A stretch of DNA of 61,732 bases, filler included, from Choristocarpus tenellus KU-1152 (lineage: Eukaryota > Protista > Phaeophyceae): the NCBI GenBank assembly GCA_964200185.2. It is 12 parts of 12 records of this genome, joined end to end, with 100 filler letters (N's around TTAATTAATTAA, not from the genome) between each part and the next. Parts side by side here need not be neighbours in the genome. Positions count along the whole stretch, not along the records: positions 36,136 to 39,253 come from CAXNAD020022194.1; positions 39,354 to 42,801 come from CAXNAD020019962.1; positions 42,902 to 50,818 come from CAXNAD020005400.1; 9 more parts are not named here. The stretch is one strand, 5' to 3'. Under the pieces are notes generated by a model, which was given only the letters and a program-made list of their open reading frames with translations, was not told the DNA's origin and made no database searches. The translations under genes were made by a program, and so were the position numbers. This document shows, one piece after another, positions 38,336 through 50,918 of the stretch. Every line of letters begins with the position of its first letter. Position 1 is the first letter of the stretch.

Positions 38336-39094
38336 TGCCCCCCAGCATGAACTAGCAACACATGTTTCACGCTTACCACAGGTGATTGTCACCGGTGAAG
38401 ACAATAGATACCATCAATCATCTCAGATCATCCTATGGCAAGAAATAAAGGAAGAGCAAAAATATACCATACTCCTACTAGATCCAAAACATATATCCTC
38501 AACTTACTTCGGGAAATCTGTCAGCATCTATCCTAATCTGAGGATATATTTACTCTCTCTAAAGTACAGCTTCCTAAGGTGCCAGGTATCATCTGATTAT
38601 TGCCTGTCTCATGCCCCCCAAGCACAAAGCATACTGACGGCTGCTAGTGCGTAAAATAGGTAATAACATCAACATAGGCGACAAAAAAAAAATGAGAGAG
38701 GAGACCGAAAGAAAGGACTGAGGAGAGATAGAACAAAACAAGGAATTAAGGGGATCAGGTAGCTGGTCTGACAAAAGAGGAGAAAGAAAAAAATGATGCA
38801 AGGGATAGAGAAAAAATAAAGAAAATAGAACAAAAACATGGAATAAAGGGGATCAGGTACCTGGTCTACAGCGGAGAAAAAAAATGACAAAAAAGACCAA
38901 AAAAAATGCATCCCATATAAATTACTGTCTGTTCTGATTTGGGTTACTTCATGGTTCCATCTTCAGCTATCCTACGTTCCATGCAGGGACTGCCTGTTTC
39001 ACGCTTACCACAGGCAATATTCATTGATCTGGATAATAAATAGCATCCATCACTTTAAATCATGCTGCAGCGGCACGCAGAATTGCCATTTGGT

Positions 39095-39253
39095 AACATA
39101 GGGGCTTCAGTTCCGACTCTGCCAGTTGTTTCCAACATAGTGAACCCAGTTCCAATTCTGCCAGTTGTTTCCAACATAGGGACTCCAGTTCCGACTCTGC
39201 CAGTTGTTTCCAACATAGTGACTCCAGTTCCAACTCTGCCAATTGTTTCCAAC
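39095..39253. repeat. 39-bp minisatellite x4+, runs into the contig end
   Basis: Units TTCCAACATAG(T/G)GA..CCAGTTCC(A/G)A.TCTGCCA.TTGT, with alternating variants. Confidence 0.92.
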
Positions 39254-39353
39254 NNNNNNNNNNNNNNNNNNNNNNNNNNNNNNNNNNNNNNNNNNNNTTA
39301 ATTAATTAANNNNNNNNNNNNNNNNNNNNNNNNNNNNNNNNNNNNNNNNNNNN
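39254..39353. other. Artificial contig linker
   Basis: N44-TTAATTAATTAA-N44. Confidence 0.98.
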
Positions 39354-40640
39354 ACCCTTCTTCTCTCTCTCTTCTCCCCCCCCCCCCCCCCCCCCATATG
39401 ACGTGATGAAACGCCTCCTGGAAAATTGTGTCATCACTGGGGAAAAGAGGTTTTTTTTTGTTCTTAATTCTCAATTGCACTGTTGTAACAACTCGTGTAG
39501 TAGGTATGAGAACACGGGTCATGTGTCGTCACAGCCCCAAACCAAAACCTGGCTAAGTGGGTGTTTGTTGTCAGGCACAGAGCTTTCAGGGCGACTTACC
39601 TTCTTTTGTGCTTGTACAAGAGAGTGAAAGAAGAGTATGGCGAGAGACCTATGCAAGTTTGTTACTAGTTACTTACCACTGCCTACACCAATACGCAAGA
39701 TAGGCATACCACAGAACCCATTAATATCAGCATCGCCTGATACACATGCAAACCCCGAAAAATGAAAACAAGGACCAACAAAACGGGTCAGGCGGAAGTG
39801 GGAGCAATCATGAAACAAAACAAAAAAATACTGTACACACACACACACACACACAAACATACGTAGCCTTCCAAAGGATACATTCCACGAGAGTTAGACC
39901 TGGGGTTTGACGATCACAGTAAAATTTTTGTATTGATACTTACAGAACCAACACGCTCTCTCAAAAAAACACAAAAAAAACAAGCTGTGGATACCTTCTT
40001 GGAAAGCCTGCCCCCCTCCCGCACAAGTACAGGTTGACAATGAACAACCCATCCATCACCGTAGACACAGAGAGAGAGATTTCAAAGAACCTATCACCCA
40101 TCCATCACAGAGAGGGGCATCTAAGTGACTATTTAAGGTCTCTCCCGGCGTTGTTCACATCACCAGTGCTTAGGCGGTGCAGGGCAATGTTACTTCACCT
40201 GTGCAATTTATTTCCCCTCAAAAGAAGCAAAAGAGGCGTTGTGTTGTCACTAAACTACTGAACCGCAGAATGATGGTTCAAGCAGGTTTCCCACTTGCAC
40301 TCAGGGTTCGTTTTCATTTTTTTATTTTTTTCATTTTGGGGGGTACACACCACAATTGGAATCAAGCGCGGAAGACGCCGGTCGAAAGTTGACAAAAAAT
40401 AAATAAATTATTTATTCATTTATTATTATTATTATTATTATTTTTTTAAGAAGGCAGTACACCAGACACAATACACAAAAAACAAACACAAAAAAAGGGT
40501 GTGCCCAACAGTTCAACACTAAAAAATGCATTACTACACAGGAGGGGTTCAAACTGCACAGCCTTTATCAGCATAACAAAACAAATATGGAAAAGAAATA
40601 AAAAACAATAAAAAGGGAACTCATCCCCTCAACGCTCAGT

Positions 40641-40907
40641 CTACTGTTTCGCCTTGGATTTGACATGGGATCTACGGGCCTTTTTTTTGTTTACCGCCTC
40701 TGCCCCTGCCCCTGCCCCCATCCCTGTGACTGGCTCTGTCCCTGCCTCTGCTCCAGCTTCATCCCCACCCCCAGTCTCCAGTACTATTCTATCTGGGATG
40801 GCAATGGCACGCTGGGTACTACTGAGAGTGAGGAAGCGTGCTCCCATCGTCTGCAGTTTCCCAAGCGGAAGCTGGTTGTAGTTGGTCTTGATATCTCGGG
40901 CCATAGC
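40641..40907 (-). CDS. Probable terminal exon of an unidentified gene
   Basis: gggcag acceptor; reads AMARDIKTNYNQLPLGKLQTMGARFLTLSSTQRAIAIPDRIV..GA-rich..KKKARRSHVKSKAKQ*; GC-rich island in AT-rich flanks. Confidence 0.55.
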   Translation of the reverse strand, partial: AMARDIKTNYNQLPLGKLQTMGARFLTLSSTQRAIAIPDRIVLETGGGDEAGAEAGTEPVTGMGAGAGAEAVNKKKARRSHVKSKAKQ

Positions 40908-41344
40908 CTGCCCGGCAATAGCAAAACCAAACAAGGCAGTGGCAAATATATAGTTGAATCGAAAATTGAGTGGCCTAGTAGTGGATGGTGGATGGTGGAT
41001 GAAGCGAAGGAGGTGCCAAACCACACAACCAACACATGACACATAAGTATTTCTTATTTTTTTTATTGGACATTGTTTACAGGTCGCGGTCCCCACACAT
41101 TTTTTTATTTTTGATAAATGAAAAGTCGCAATAAACTCATTTCAAAAAAAAGAAAAAAAATGAAATAAAAGTAAAAATAGGGGTATTCATGACTCAGCCA
41201 CCCACAACAAAAACAATAACCATCACCCGAGTACATGGCCGACTACCTCTCAAAATCTGAGGTCTCTCTATCATCTCATTAGTCAATGTGTCTCATTCAA
41301 AATCTACTGTGGCCACAGTGCGAAAAACGAAAACCGTATCTCTT

Positions 41345-41364
41345 CCTAACCCTAACCCTAACCC
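41345..41364. repeat. Interstitial telomere-like (CCCTAA)3
   Basis: cctaaccctaaccctaaccc; a similar GGGTTA tract lies near 2208-2224. Confidence 0.6.
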
Positions 41365-41786
41365 CAGCCCTACTTAAAGACTGGGTATTCCGCCTCCCAG
41401 GTCTTAGTAATACTTTTATTACCCCGAAACCAGTCTGACATTGGTGTGCGTTCACTTTTCCTGTCAAACACCATTGATCAGGTCATGGAGAAGGCATTTA
41501 TTCCACGTTTGAAGTGTCCCAAAAACAGAATCGAGACGTGTTCTTACAAGGAAAGTGGAATCCAGAAACAGGAAATAGCCTTTTGGCAGGATCTCTCACA
41601 GCCATGGGGTTGAGAGCTCCCACCTCTCCACACTTTTGCTGAGACTCGAGTCAATGCAGATCATAATAAATTTGCAAGACCAGGTTATCCAGGTTATCCA
41701 CCACTCCACTCCCGCCGCTAACTCTGAAACTTGTGCCAATGCATCTTATCTACCACTGTCTCCTAGTGACTGTGTATTTTTAATTC

Positions 41787-41934
41787 CCAGTACCAAGTAC
41801 TATTGATATTATTCCAGTACCAAGTACTATTGTTATTATTCCAGTACCAAGTACGATTGCTATTATTCCAGTACCAAGTACTATTGTTATTATTCCAGTA
41901 CCAAGTACTATTGCTATTATTCCAGTACCAAGTA
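41787..41934. repeat. 27-bp minisatellite x5.5
   Basis: CCAGTACCAAGTACTATTG(T/C/A)TATTATT units; source of the spurious TWYWNNN ORFs. Confidence 0.95.
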
Positions 41935-42801
41935 AGTACCGAGTAGTACAAACTGACCGTTGAAACATTTCCGAAGAGAAATGCACTCCCACAAAACGTC
42001 TTCAAACTAAAGCATACAGTACTGCAGAGACTGTCAACACGATACAAGCCAGCCACCTCCATACCACAACGCTACAGAACAGCCCGGAGCCTCAACCACG
42101 AACGCCTTCCTATCATCACAACAGGAAAAAAATAAAAATTTGTTTCAGCAGTGAATTCATACAAGCGTATTTCATGCGCCTTTGTGCCAGTGAGTGTCTA
42201 CAAAAAAACCCAAACAGTATCGTACTTCTTTTTTTTTAATACTGTGTTTGACTCCCTCTGCCTACACACCTTCAACAACACCAGCGGCGAGAGCCAGGCC
42301 ACAAAATATGCAGCTACGTACTCACTGCATGTTGAACTTCCACACAGAGTATATACACACACAATCTCTCAACCTTCTTTTCAACCTTCTTCTCCGACCA
42401 TTACTCTCATTCTTGTCTATCTCCTGTGCCTTTTTGTGGTTGCTGATTGGACGAGAGGGGCCAGCATTCGCTGATGCTGTTCAGCAAATCGCTAAAAAAA
42501 GGAGACCTTAACGGCAGGGCGAGTTTCTTACACCACTACCAGTGATCATTGACCCCTTTCAGCAATCCCGATGAAGAAATGAGAGAGTTGAAGTTGAAGT
42601 TGAAGTTGAAGTTGCTCTGCCATTACACCACCAACAAAAAACTATTGCAAGGGGCATACACTCCCATCCACTCTCGCTAAATAAATAAATAAATATCTTG
42701 CCAGAATATCGATGTTGACAGTGTGGCCAAGGGAGCACACCGAGCTCCGTGTGATTACCTCGAGCACAAAAGGTCAACTTAAAAAAAAAAGGGGGGGGGG
42801 G

Positions 42802-42901
42802 NNNNNNNNNNNNNNNNNNNNNNNNNNNNNNNNNNNNNNNNNNNNTTAATTAATTAANNNNNNNNNNNNNNNNNNNNNNNNNNNNNNNNNNNNNNNNNNN
42901 N
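42802..42901. other. Artificial contig linker
   Basis: N44-TTAATTAATTAA-N44. Confidence 0.98.
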
Positions 42902-43397
42902 GTATGAGGGAGGGGGAGGGGGGGGTGGGAATGGGGAAGCAATTGGTTGTGTTGGTTCAAGACAGCAAGGTATTCCAGGACATATGGAGAGTGTTGTTCA
43001 CCACCCTGTTCCTATTGGTCGCTGCAACAGGTTAGGATGCACCCTGCCTTCAGGATCATCAAATTATATAGTACTAGGTTTGAAGTCATAATGTCGTTGT
43101 ATCTGATGGCTCATTGGTCCAATAAAGGCACACAGGATAGAGGGTAAGATCGCACAAAAAGAGAAGGAAGGAACTTCAGGTGCAATTGTGCTAGGTGTTG
43201 AAACATTGAAGCTTGTTCTGATTTACAGCTCTGCAAATACCAGATGCAGATAAGGACCTGTCAGAGGAAGCTCAGATCAACTTCATCCATACAAGTACAT
43301 GCCCACATAGATCCCTGCCTTTAGACTCCAGATTGACAACAAAGCCTAGGGTTGGAATGGGGGTCAAATGCAAGATGGAGTGGTGGTGACCGGTCAC

Positions 43398-43486
43398 CTT
43401 GCCTCCTCCCTGGCGTTGCGTAGCTTGGTTGCTTTTTCCAGTATCCGCTTCTTTCGTTCCTCAATGGTCTCTGCACTATTCAGTAC
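43398..43486 (-). CDS. CFAP53: CFAP53/CCDC11-like, exon 3
   Basis: gtcag acceptor, gtgacc donor; reads VLNSAETIEERKKRILEKATKLRNAREEAR, similar to the CFAP53 ETIEE..RM.EK..L...E.ER segment. Confidence 0.78.
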
Positions 43487-44457
43487 CTGACACCTCAACC
43501 AACACATTACCACATTGGGGTTGCAGCAAAGAAGTGGAAGGGTTCGTACAGGACATTGACAGGAATAGACTTACAGGTGATGAGTACCACTAAAGCATCA
43601 AGAAGGACTTACCTACAAGTGCACCTGCTATAGTGCAAGCATATGTTTATCAACTATTAGAGGCAAAGGACTATACTAGCCATTGCTAGACACAAACCGG
43701 TGGATGTTTGTAATGACTAACGTATCTACCTTCTTGCCTTCTACCTGCAGTAGCTCTTCCCTTCTACCTCTTATAATGAGATTGGAATGACGAAAAAGAA
43801 ACGCCAGAATGGTTCTACCTGTGTATCTTTGAAGAGATTGCCTACCTTGCAGTCATGGAATTTAGGACATGAAAATTATGGTTAGGACATGAAATTTCTA
43901 GAAAGTATACACAAAAATTTCGCAAACAGAGCTCCATCCCACCCCAAGAAAGCAGCCCTTGCGCATTTTAAAAAGCTCCACTCCGCTTCACAGAAATGGT
44001 TGCAAAAGGTCACGTAGGTCGAGGGGGGGGGGGGTCGTATGCTGCACATTTAGGTATAGCATCACTGGGGAAACTCAAGGCAACAGAAGGAAAATATGTT
44101 GAAAAGGTCCCTTGGGAGATTGAATGGGTACAGTAAGTCCAGGTCAGAGCAGATCTCAAAGGCCTGTATCCTACCAGTCAACCATTGGGTGGAGGCTTGC
44201 CCTTCACACACCCTGTCCGTCTACCCTCCTCCATTTACCTATGAATCACTCGAGCTTCTCGTCCTCCTGTCTCTACTCTACCGTCACACTGCACCGTGCA
44301 GCCTCTCGTCCCACACAGCTGTGAGGGGAGGTGATGGAAGGCTTAATGTAAAGAAGAGAAGATCATGAGAATGTTTTACCTCGTCCCTCGAATATGCTCT
44401 CAATCCTTATGGTAGGCCAGAGGTCTCTCATGTGTTCTAACCTCTAACTGCGCTCAC

Positions 44458-44625
44458 CTCATCCTCCCACTGTTCCATCTCCTGGTTGTAAAGGTCAGCA
44501 AGCCGGCGCCTGCGAGCAAGGAGAAGTTCTGAACCCTTGGCCTCCAATTGTCGCAGGCGTTCTTTGGTACTTCGCTGCGAGATGCCTGAGGCCGTCTTGT
44601 TCTCCCAATCCGCATACGCGATTAC
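44458..44625 (-). CDS. CFAP53: CFAP53/CCDC11-like, exon 2
   Basis: Reads VIAYADWENKT..LLARRRRLADLYNQEMEQWEDE|gtgagc, with the A.WE and RR.RL..L..E motifs of the CFAP53/trichoplein family. Confidence 0.8.
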
Positions 44626-44884
44626 CTTTGGCGGGTGGGGAGTCATGACAGGAATCAAGTTTTTGCACCGAAAGAATGGAAAGATAGGTTGTAGGCTCCA
44701 CACAAGAATAAAAAATGGACCTACCTTTATATACATTATTCAATCTCGAACTGAAGAGCTCGCTGGGTCTGAATATAAACTGCGTCCTGCAATGCGGAAC
44801 CCTCTCCTTGCAAGATCACAACGGCAGAAACAGTCCAATCGAACAAATGTGACGCGATTCATTCATATTTTTCATTATTCCTAC

Positions 44885-45004
44885 CTTCTCGGTAGAGGAA
44901 ATCTGTGCAACGTTCTTCTCCCATTGCCGCTGCTTTTCTCGCCTCTTTTCGAATTGTCCCTGGGGCGTGTTGCGCTGAGGCTTGTACTTGGTATCCCCAA
45001 ACAT
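44885..45004 (-). CDS. CFAP53: CFAP53/CCDC11-like, exon 1
   Basis: Reads MFGDTKYKPQRNTPQGQFEKRREKQRQWEKNVAQISSTEK|gtagga, 40 codons, phase 0. Confidence 0.7.
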
Positions 45005-45477
45005 ATTGTCAAGGAGAAGGATTCCCAGCACAATCTGTCTATACTTCAGATGATCCAGCTCCTTCCACGTCCACTGTTCTGATGTCCCAAGCCAGGTGGG
45101 CTTCTGGGAGAGGGTTGGTCCTTGAAACGGTCGAGGCACGCAACTCGTTTTATCACCCTGTCACCTTGCACAATCGAGATATACAAGCTGGAGGACAATA
45201 AAAGGAAGACAAGGGTTGAGCAGTACCAAGTAATCTGTATCCACGCTAGGTGCGGACTGCTCACCACATAAGCGTCTTGGAATCGTGGTCGCTTCTACTC
45301 AAAGGTGATGCCCAAGAAGGTACACTATTCTCAACTCGTTTCAAAAAATGCTTGCATGGAGGCGTTTGTGGGTTAAGGAGAGTAATTTTAACCCTCTCAG
45401 ATGTACCCTCTACAAGCCTAGGTCCAAGTGAAGTACTGAAATAGAAAATAGAAGAGGGCGAAGAGGGGGGAATCCAT
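45005..45477. promoter_or_regulatory. Putative bidirectional promoter
   Basis: 473 bp between the divergent ATGs at 45004 (-) and 45478 (+). Confidence 0.5.
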
Positions 45478-45562
45478 ATGGCGAACGGATTCAACCGACA
45501 AGGGAAGCGAGGGGCGAAGTCGACAAGTCGGGTGGGACGGTCTCCGTCAAGGGGAAGAGCTG
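45478..45562 (+). CDS. Disordered ~780-aa protein, exon 1
   Basis: Reads MANGFNRQGKRGAKSTSRVGRSPSRGRA(G)|gtgaga, phase 1. Confidence 0.72.
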
Positions 45563-45729
45563 GTGAGAATATAAGGAGGGGGGGTGAAGAGTCTCTGAAT
45601 CGATCGTGGTCCACCTTCGCAAACGGACACCAGACTTTTTAGTGCGATATAAAGCTATTGATCTTGCGAATACATACCAGTGGAGTTCTTATTCTTCCAT
45701 AATGGGTTTTCATGTTCCCTCCGACACAG

Positions 45730-45816
45730 GCCGTGGAAGCACCACCAGCGGGAGAGGGTTCACAACAGACCGTAGAGATGCACCCCCTGGACGGACTCAA
45801 AATGGTGCTCCTCGAG
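45730..45816 (+). CDS. Disordered ~780-aa protein, exon 2
   Basis: cacag acceptor, gtaagt donor, phases 1/1; reads GRGSTTSGRGFTTDRRDAPPGRTQNGAPR. Confidence 0.78.
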
Positions 45817-45978
45817 GTAAGTGGGCACATTGTTATGCCATTTCGATCCAGAAAATATCTTGGCGTCCAACTTTTTCTTCCATGAAGCTGAGCTTGTCCA
45901 AAGAGAGGTAGGGGTAATCCTTTCTGCCACAACTTTCAGACTTCCAGACCTATCCATACCACCATTGCGTTTGTTCAG

Positions 45979-48149
45979 GTGGAAGAGAATTTGGCTCCTC
46001 GCGCCGTAGGACAGGATCATTGCTAGAAAATTCAGCCTCACGACGTGGCAATGCTCAAGGGCTCAGTCATTCATCGAAGGAGTCCTCACGAAACGTGAAC
46101 AGGGATCGAAGCACTCAAGTAAGCCAATTACCAATACAGGTGTCTCGTTCGCTGGCCATGTCTGAGGAGGTAGCAACCACCACAGTGTCCGCCACAAATG
46201 GATATGTTCTTTGTGACTCTACCGTGACTGGCAAACGCCCAGCTTCCTCCCCTGGGGGCGGTGAAGACTCAAGCGATACGATGTCCAAAATTCCAAAGGT
46301 CCTGTGGTCATCGGGCAAGAGATCAAGGGGTGCTATGATTCGAGGGATAGGTGGTGGAGGATCCAATGACGGAGATGGTGACGGAGGTGCAGGTAGTCCC
46401 AAATCTGACTCTAGCTCCCGTTTGGGGAACTTGATGGGCGAAGGTATCTCCACACTTGTCGATGGCTTCCAAGAATGCTATGGAGAGGCCATCGACACAA
46501 ATAGTGCGCCCCCTGTTCGAAAGAAGAGAAGTGCTACACCTTCTACTTCAGTCAATGCAGCAGCATCTATGACAAAGGTCGGGGAGTCTAGAAGAGCCAA
46601 TGGTGGTGAAAAGGCAGTCGAGCTGGCCACTTCAATGTCTGCAGCATCGCCTGAGGTTCTTAGAGCTAGGGCAAGGGCAAGGGAAGAACACCCAAAACGG
46701 CAGGTGCAAAGTGCTATTGCAAAGAAATCAGTCTCATGTCTGGACCTCACAGCAGGTGGGAGTAAGATGCCTTCATTTTCAGGTACCAATGGCTCCAATG
46801 ACTCTGCCATTGGTAGCAATGGGGGTTGTATAGCCTCTGCGGATGCTGCTGGCGGTGTGGTGCCTGCGGTTACAGTTACAGTTACACCCTCAAAGCCTAC
46901 CCAGTCTTCATCAACAACCATTCAAGCTAAAGAGCATCAAGCAGCAGACCCTACTTCTATCCAGCTGGAGTTTGGACCTGCCAAAAATGAGGTGGGTCCG
47001 CATGGTAGTGTGGTGGGCAAGGGCAGTGCCTCAGTGAGTGTGGCAGGAAGATCGGGGGCTGCTCACATAACCAACGGCAGCACTAGGCCTACACCCCCAT
47101 TGGATAGGGAGAAGCTCCCTACCAATCTCAATGTTCCCCTGCCAACACAAAACCTTCGCCTACAGATGGAATCTGGAGAGCAGGTGCAAATCCTCCCAGC
47201 TACCCATGTTGCCGAGGCTGCACAACCAATTGTTAGGTACATGGAAGGGGGCGTTGAGGAGTGCAAGGGCTTTGACCCTCCCAACCTCCCTGTAGCATCC
47301 CACTCCCTGAGAACAGCAAATAGGGCTGAAGCATCAATGGAGACGCCTGAGGTTGTCACAGGTGTGTCAAAGGCGCTCAATGCAGTCAGAACATCAGTGT
47401 CTCCACCAAAGTCTAAGGCTGATCCAGTCCCCACTGCTGAGCCGAAGACCTCTTCCTCTTGCCCCCCTCCCCCCCAGCGGACAAGCTCATGGGGTGCATC
47501 GTTTGGGATACAAATACCCGATGCCACAAGTTGTAGGTCTACACCTTCAGGCGGGAAGACTGTCGCCTCACATCTCACCCCATCAAACCCCTGGTATCTT
47601 TCCAATGGCGCTCCAGACTTTGCCAAGAACAAATTTGTAAGCATCTCCATACCAAACAAAACCCTGACTCCGCCCCTGGCTCCAGTCTCACTCCTGAGCC
47701 CTGCAGTTGCCAGTGTGGATAGAAGTGAAGCTGGGGTTGGCAAATTGAATGCCAACAGGTGTGTTGTTCCTCCACCCATTCAGCCGAGCTGGAGTCCCCC
47801 TCTGGATGAGGAGGTGATTGCAAGGGCATATGAGGAGCTCTCTCAGACATGTGCGGGGCAGGTTGGCCAAGGCATGAGAACGGATTGCTCTGGGGCAGGA
47901 AGTAGGGGAAGCAGCAAAGAAAGATCTGGCACCAAGAACGTTGGATTTTCAGAGGGAGATACAGAAGGACCGGTAGGTTCATTGACAGTGGCAGGTGCCA
48001 CAAATGATACAGATGGCAAAACTGTGAAGATAATAACTGAATCCAGGAAGGTTGGTCGGACAAAGGGAATCTTGGAAATGCTGGAGAAGGAACGTAGGGC
48101 TGCTGCAGCATTTGAGAAGAAACTGACAAAGGCATTACTAGATTCATGA
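45979..48149 (+). CDS. Disordered ~780-aa protein, large terminal exon (S/G/P/T/A-rich, no recognised domain)
   Basis: ttcag acceptor in frame with the 709-aa ORF; the longest open frame in the window. Confidence 0.85.
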
Positions 48150-49833
48150 TAAGTAAATATAGGCCCAGCCGTAGCTCGTTGCCTAGCCCTAGTTCCTCGT
48201 GTGTCTGTATGTTGTTGCAGATCCTGACAATGATTCTGGCTAATGTTGATGTAGTGTATGACCTATCACTATGGGAGAAGTACTGTAGTAGTGATCTTTG
48301 GCACAATTTAGGCAACCGCCCTCGTGTTGTGTACGTAGTATTGCTTGGACTTGTATTATGAAGAGTTGCATTCTGTGAAGAGACTTTGCATCAACTCTCT
48401 TGTGTGTATTTTTTTTGTGTTCTGCAATTTGTTGCTGTACGCCATAGGTCTGCTGAGTAGCCAGATCGCTTTGACTGCACAGACAAGACTGATGCACCCA
48501 TGTTAATTTAGACATCAGGCATTGTACTGGGCTTGCACTTGGTGCGCTGTTGTAATGGACAACTTAAAAAGCACGACTCTTCCCACACACAATAAGAGAA
48601 AATGAAGGGATGTGAAGGTCTCTCTTCACAGAATTGTTAGATGAAGTCACTCTCAAATGAAGTTGTTTATCTTGCAAACAGCAAAATCACACTGCAGGGT
48701 TGCAAAGGGTGTTACATTCTCTGCCAATATTTGAAGAGGTAATGGGAAATTCCCGAAGCACTGCTTCCCTTTTACTTTACCTTCAAGGTATCAATTCATG
48801 GAGCAATGAAGGTATGAGGAGGTGCTGTTGCTTGTATCTCTCCCATACCCCCACAAGCTTAGCTTCATTGTGACCACTGTATAAAGCATCGTGTTCTTAG
48901 TTGTTGATTTTGTCATTGTTCGCCGGCCACTACAAATAATTGATTCTGGCGAGAAACTGAATATGTACGAACATATTCGGAATCTTGATAATCGATTTCT
49001 TACAGCAAAATATATTTTTTTTCTATTGCCCAAAATGTTCTTAAATGTCGTGTTGTATCATTAATATTTCAGGGCTTTTGTCACCATGCTTGTACTATTA
49101 ATTGAGTTTTGTGCTAAGTTTGGTGTCATTCCTCTCCTCGCCCAGACTCTCCCTTGGTTCTTTAAATCCCCAATTATTGGTCAACTGTAATGTGAGATAT
49201 TTGTTTTGTGACATATCAAGTGCCTCCCTTAGTGTCTAAGGTATGTTCAAAGTAATATCCTTTTTCTGTACTTTGGAGAAAAAGGAAGAACGGATGGCAT
49301 TTATCACTCGTGATTTGCACGTGTTTGATCCTACCCTTGAAGTCCCGGTTTTGCCATAGATATCTGCATTCTACTATGCACATGGATGTTCAAGTTTTGA
49401 TACTCGCCTATCCAAGATGGAGACCTCTCTGCACTGTCTGTTGACTACTCTTCACGACGTTCATGGTATTTTGAGACAGAACAAATTTGGACTTGATAGT
49501 GTGGGTTTGCAATGTCCCGAAATCGTGGAAAATGTGAACATTGTTCACAGGAGTTATTATGTTGACAGTTCACCTCGACAGGCAACATGGAGTCCACTGT
49601 ACGGAACAAGGATAAAGGGCAGACCCTTCAATTATGTGATCACTTCATGTGTGAAGATAATAAAAAAAAAAATTGTGGCATCTCAACTTGCCTGGACTCG
49701 CTTCGAGTAATCTACAGACTGTGCTGTGGGGGTACTTGCCAATCAATACATCATATTCAGTATATAACATGCACACCCAGTGTATGAAGCCACTGAGGTA
49801 CGACTATACTGCCAATTATCAGCAGTTAGATGG

Positions 49834-50096
49834 GAGTCAAATTAAACGAGAGGTATCCAGGTTTGCAGATGAAGGATGTTGACAATTATATCCAAGATTC
49901 GGCTTTTTGTACAAACAAGCATAGAAAAATTTCTTTGTGCTGTTTGAAAAAAAATAAAACAATAGAGATATCAGCCTCTCATGTCAAACTTGGCACTTTA
50001 ACGATAGAAATAAATCACAACGAATTCCAAAATATGACAAAGTGATTTAAAATGCAAAACGCCCAAAACCTGGGTATCTCTCGTTCACTTCAACTC
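49834..50096 (+). mobile_element. MITE family D
   Basis: TIRs GAGTCAAATTAAACGAGAGGTATCCAGGTTT / AAACCTGGGTATCTCTCGTTCACTTCAACTC; homologous to 17703-17938. Confidence 0.82.
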
Positions 50097-50818
50097 TGGA
50101 TGTATTGGGTCCTGGCTGCTTGGATCTAGAAGTCCAGACAAAAGTGTAGCTTATTATGGTACGTGATAATAGAAGATGCTCAACAATTTTCTTCAGGTTC
50201 TCCCTATCAGAGCTCCATTTTATCTCCGTTTGCCCTTGACATAGGTAGATATGTTAATGGTGTTTGTTTGTGATGCCATACTCTTAAGTGCGGTCGGAAT
50301 TACATCTAAAACATTTGTGCAAAGACTGAAGGACTCTTTTTAAACTTAAGGTGTACCCTGTCGGGAGCTAATTGTGTTCCCGCCTTTCAGATACTCTGGA
50401 GTAGATAGCCAGTCTTACCCTCTTTTTTCCACTTTAATGCACTTTTATAGTTTCTTCAAGCCCACGAGCCTTCTCATAATAAATATTGCGAGCATCATGC
50501 ACCTTTGCTGGCGGGTGAGATCAATACTGGACTGGCTATACCAAGATTGATTTTCCAGATTATTATTAAGCGTGCCAAAACTACACGACAATAACAGCCA
50601 TTAACGCCGAAAATATATTCGAAGCACAAGCTTTTCATGTACATATATCCAGAGTGAAACATGTGTTCGTTCTTCTTTCTGGGCTTGGTAAGTTTGTTTT
50701 TTTTGTGGATGCGACCCATTAATAATCCCTCACTACCGCTTGTACAAACCGCAAAATAGCACTCTAATCAATATTTATCAGTAGTAGTAGAATAATACGT
50801 ATGTATATACGTATGTAC

Positions 50819-50918
50819 NNNNNNNNNNNNNNNNNNNNNNNNNNNNNNNNNNNNNNNNNNNNTTAATTAATTAANNNNNNNNNNNNNNNNNNNNNNNNNN
50901 NNNNNNNNNNNNNNNNNN
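50819..50918. other. Artificial contig linker
   Basis: N44-TTAATTAATTAA-N44. Confidence 0.98.

Noticed and set aside
41763-42062. ORFs with TWYWNNN or VLGTGII repeats
   Set aside because: Translation of a 27-bp minisatellite with no splice or domain support.
44239-44288. Candidate CFAP53 exon CDGRVETGGREARVIHR
   Set aside because: 43398-43486 fits the family much better at the same position.
46115-48315. Long antisense ORFs (112-246 aa)
   Set aside because: Shadow frames of the 709-aa + strand exon.
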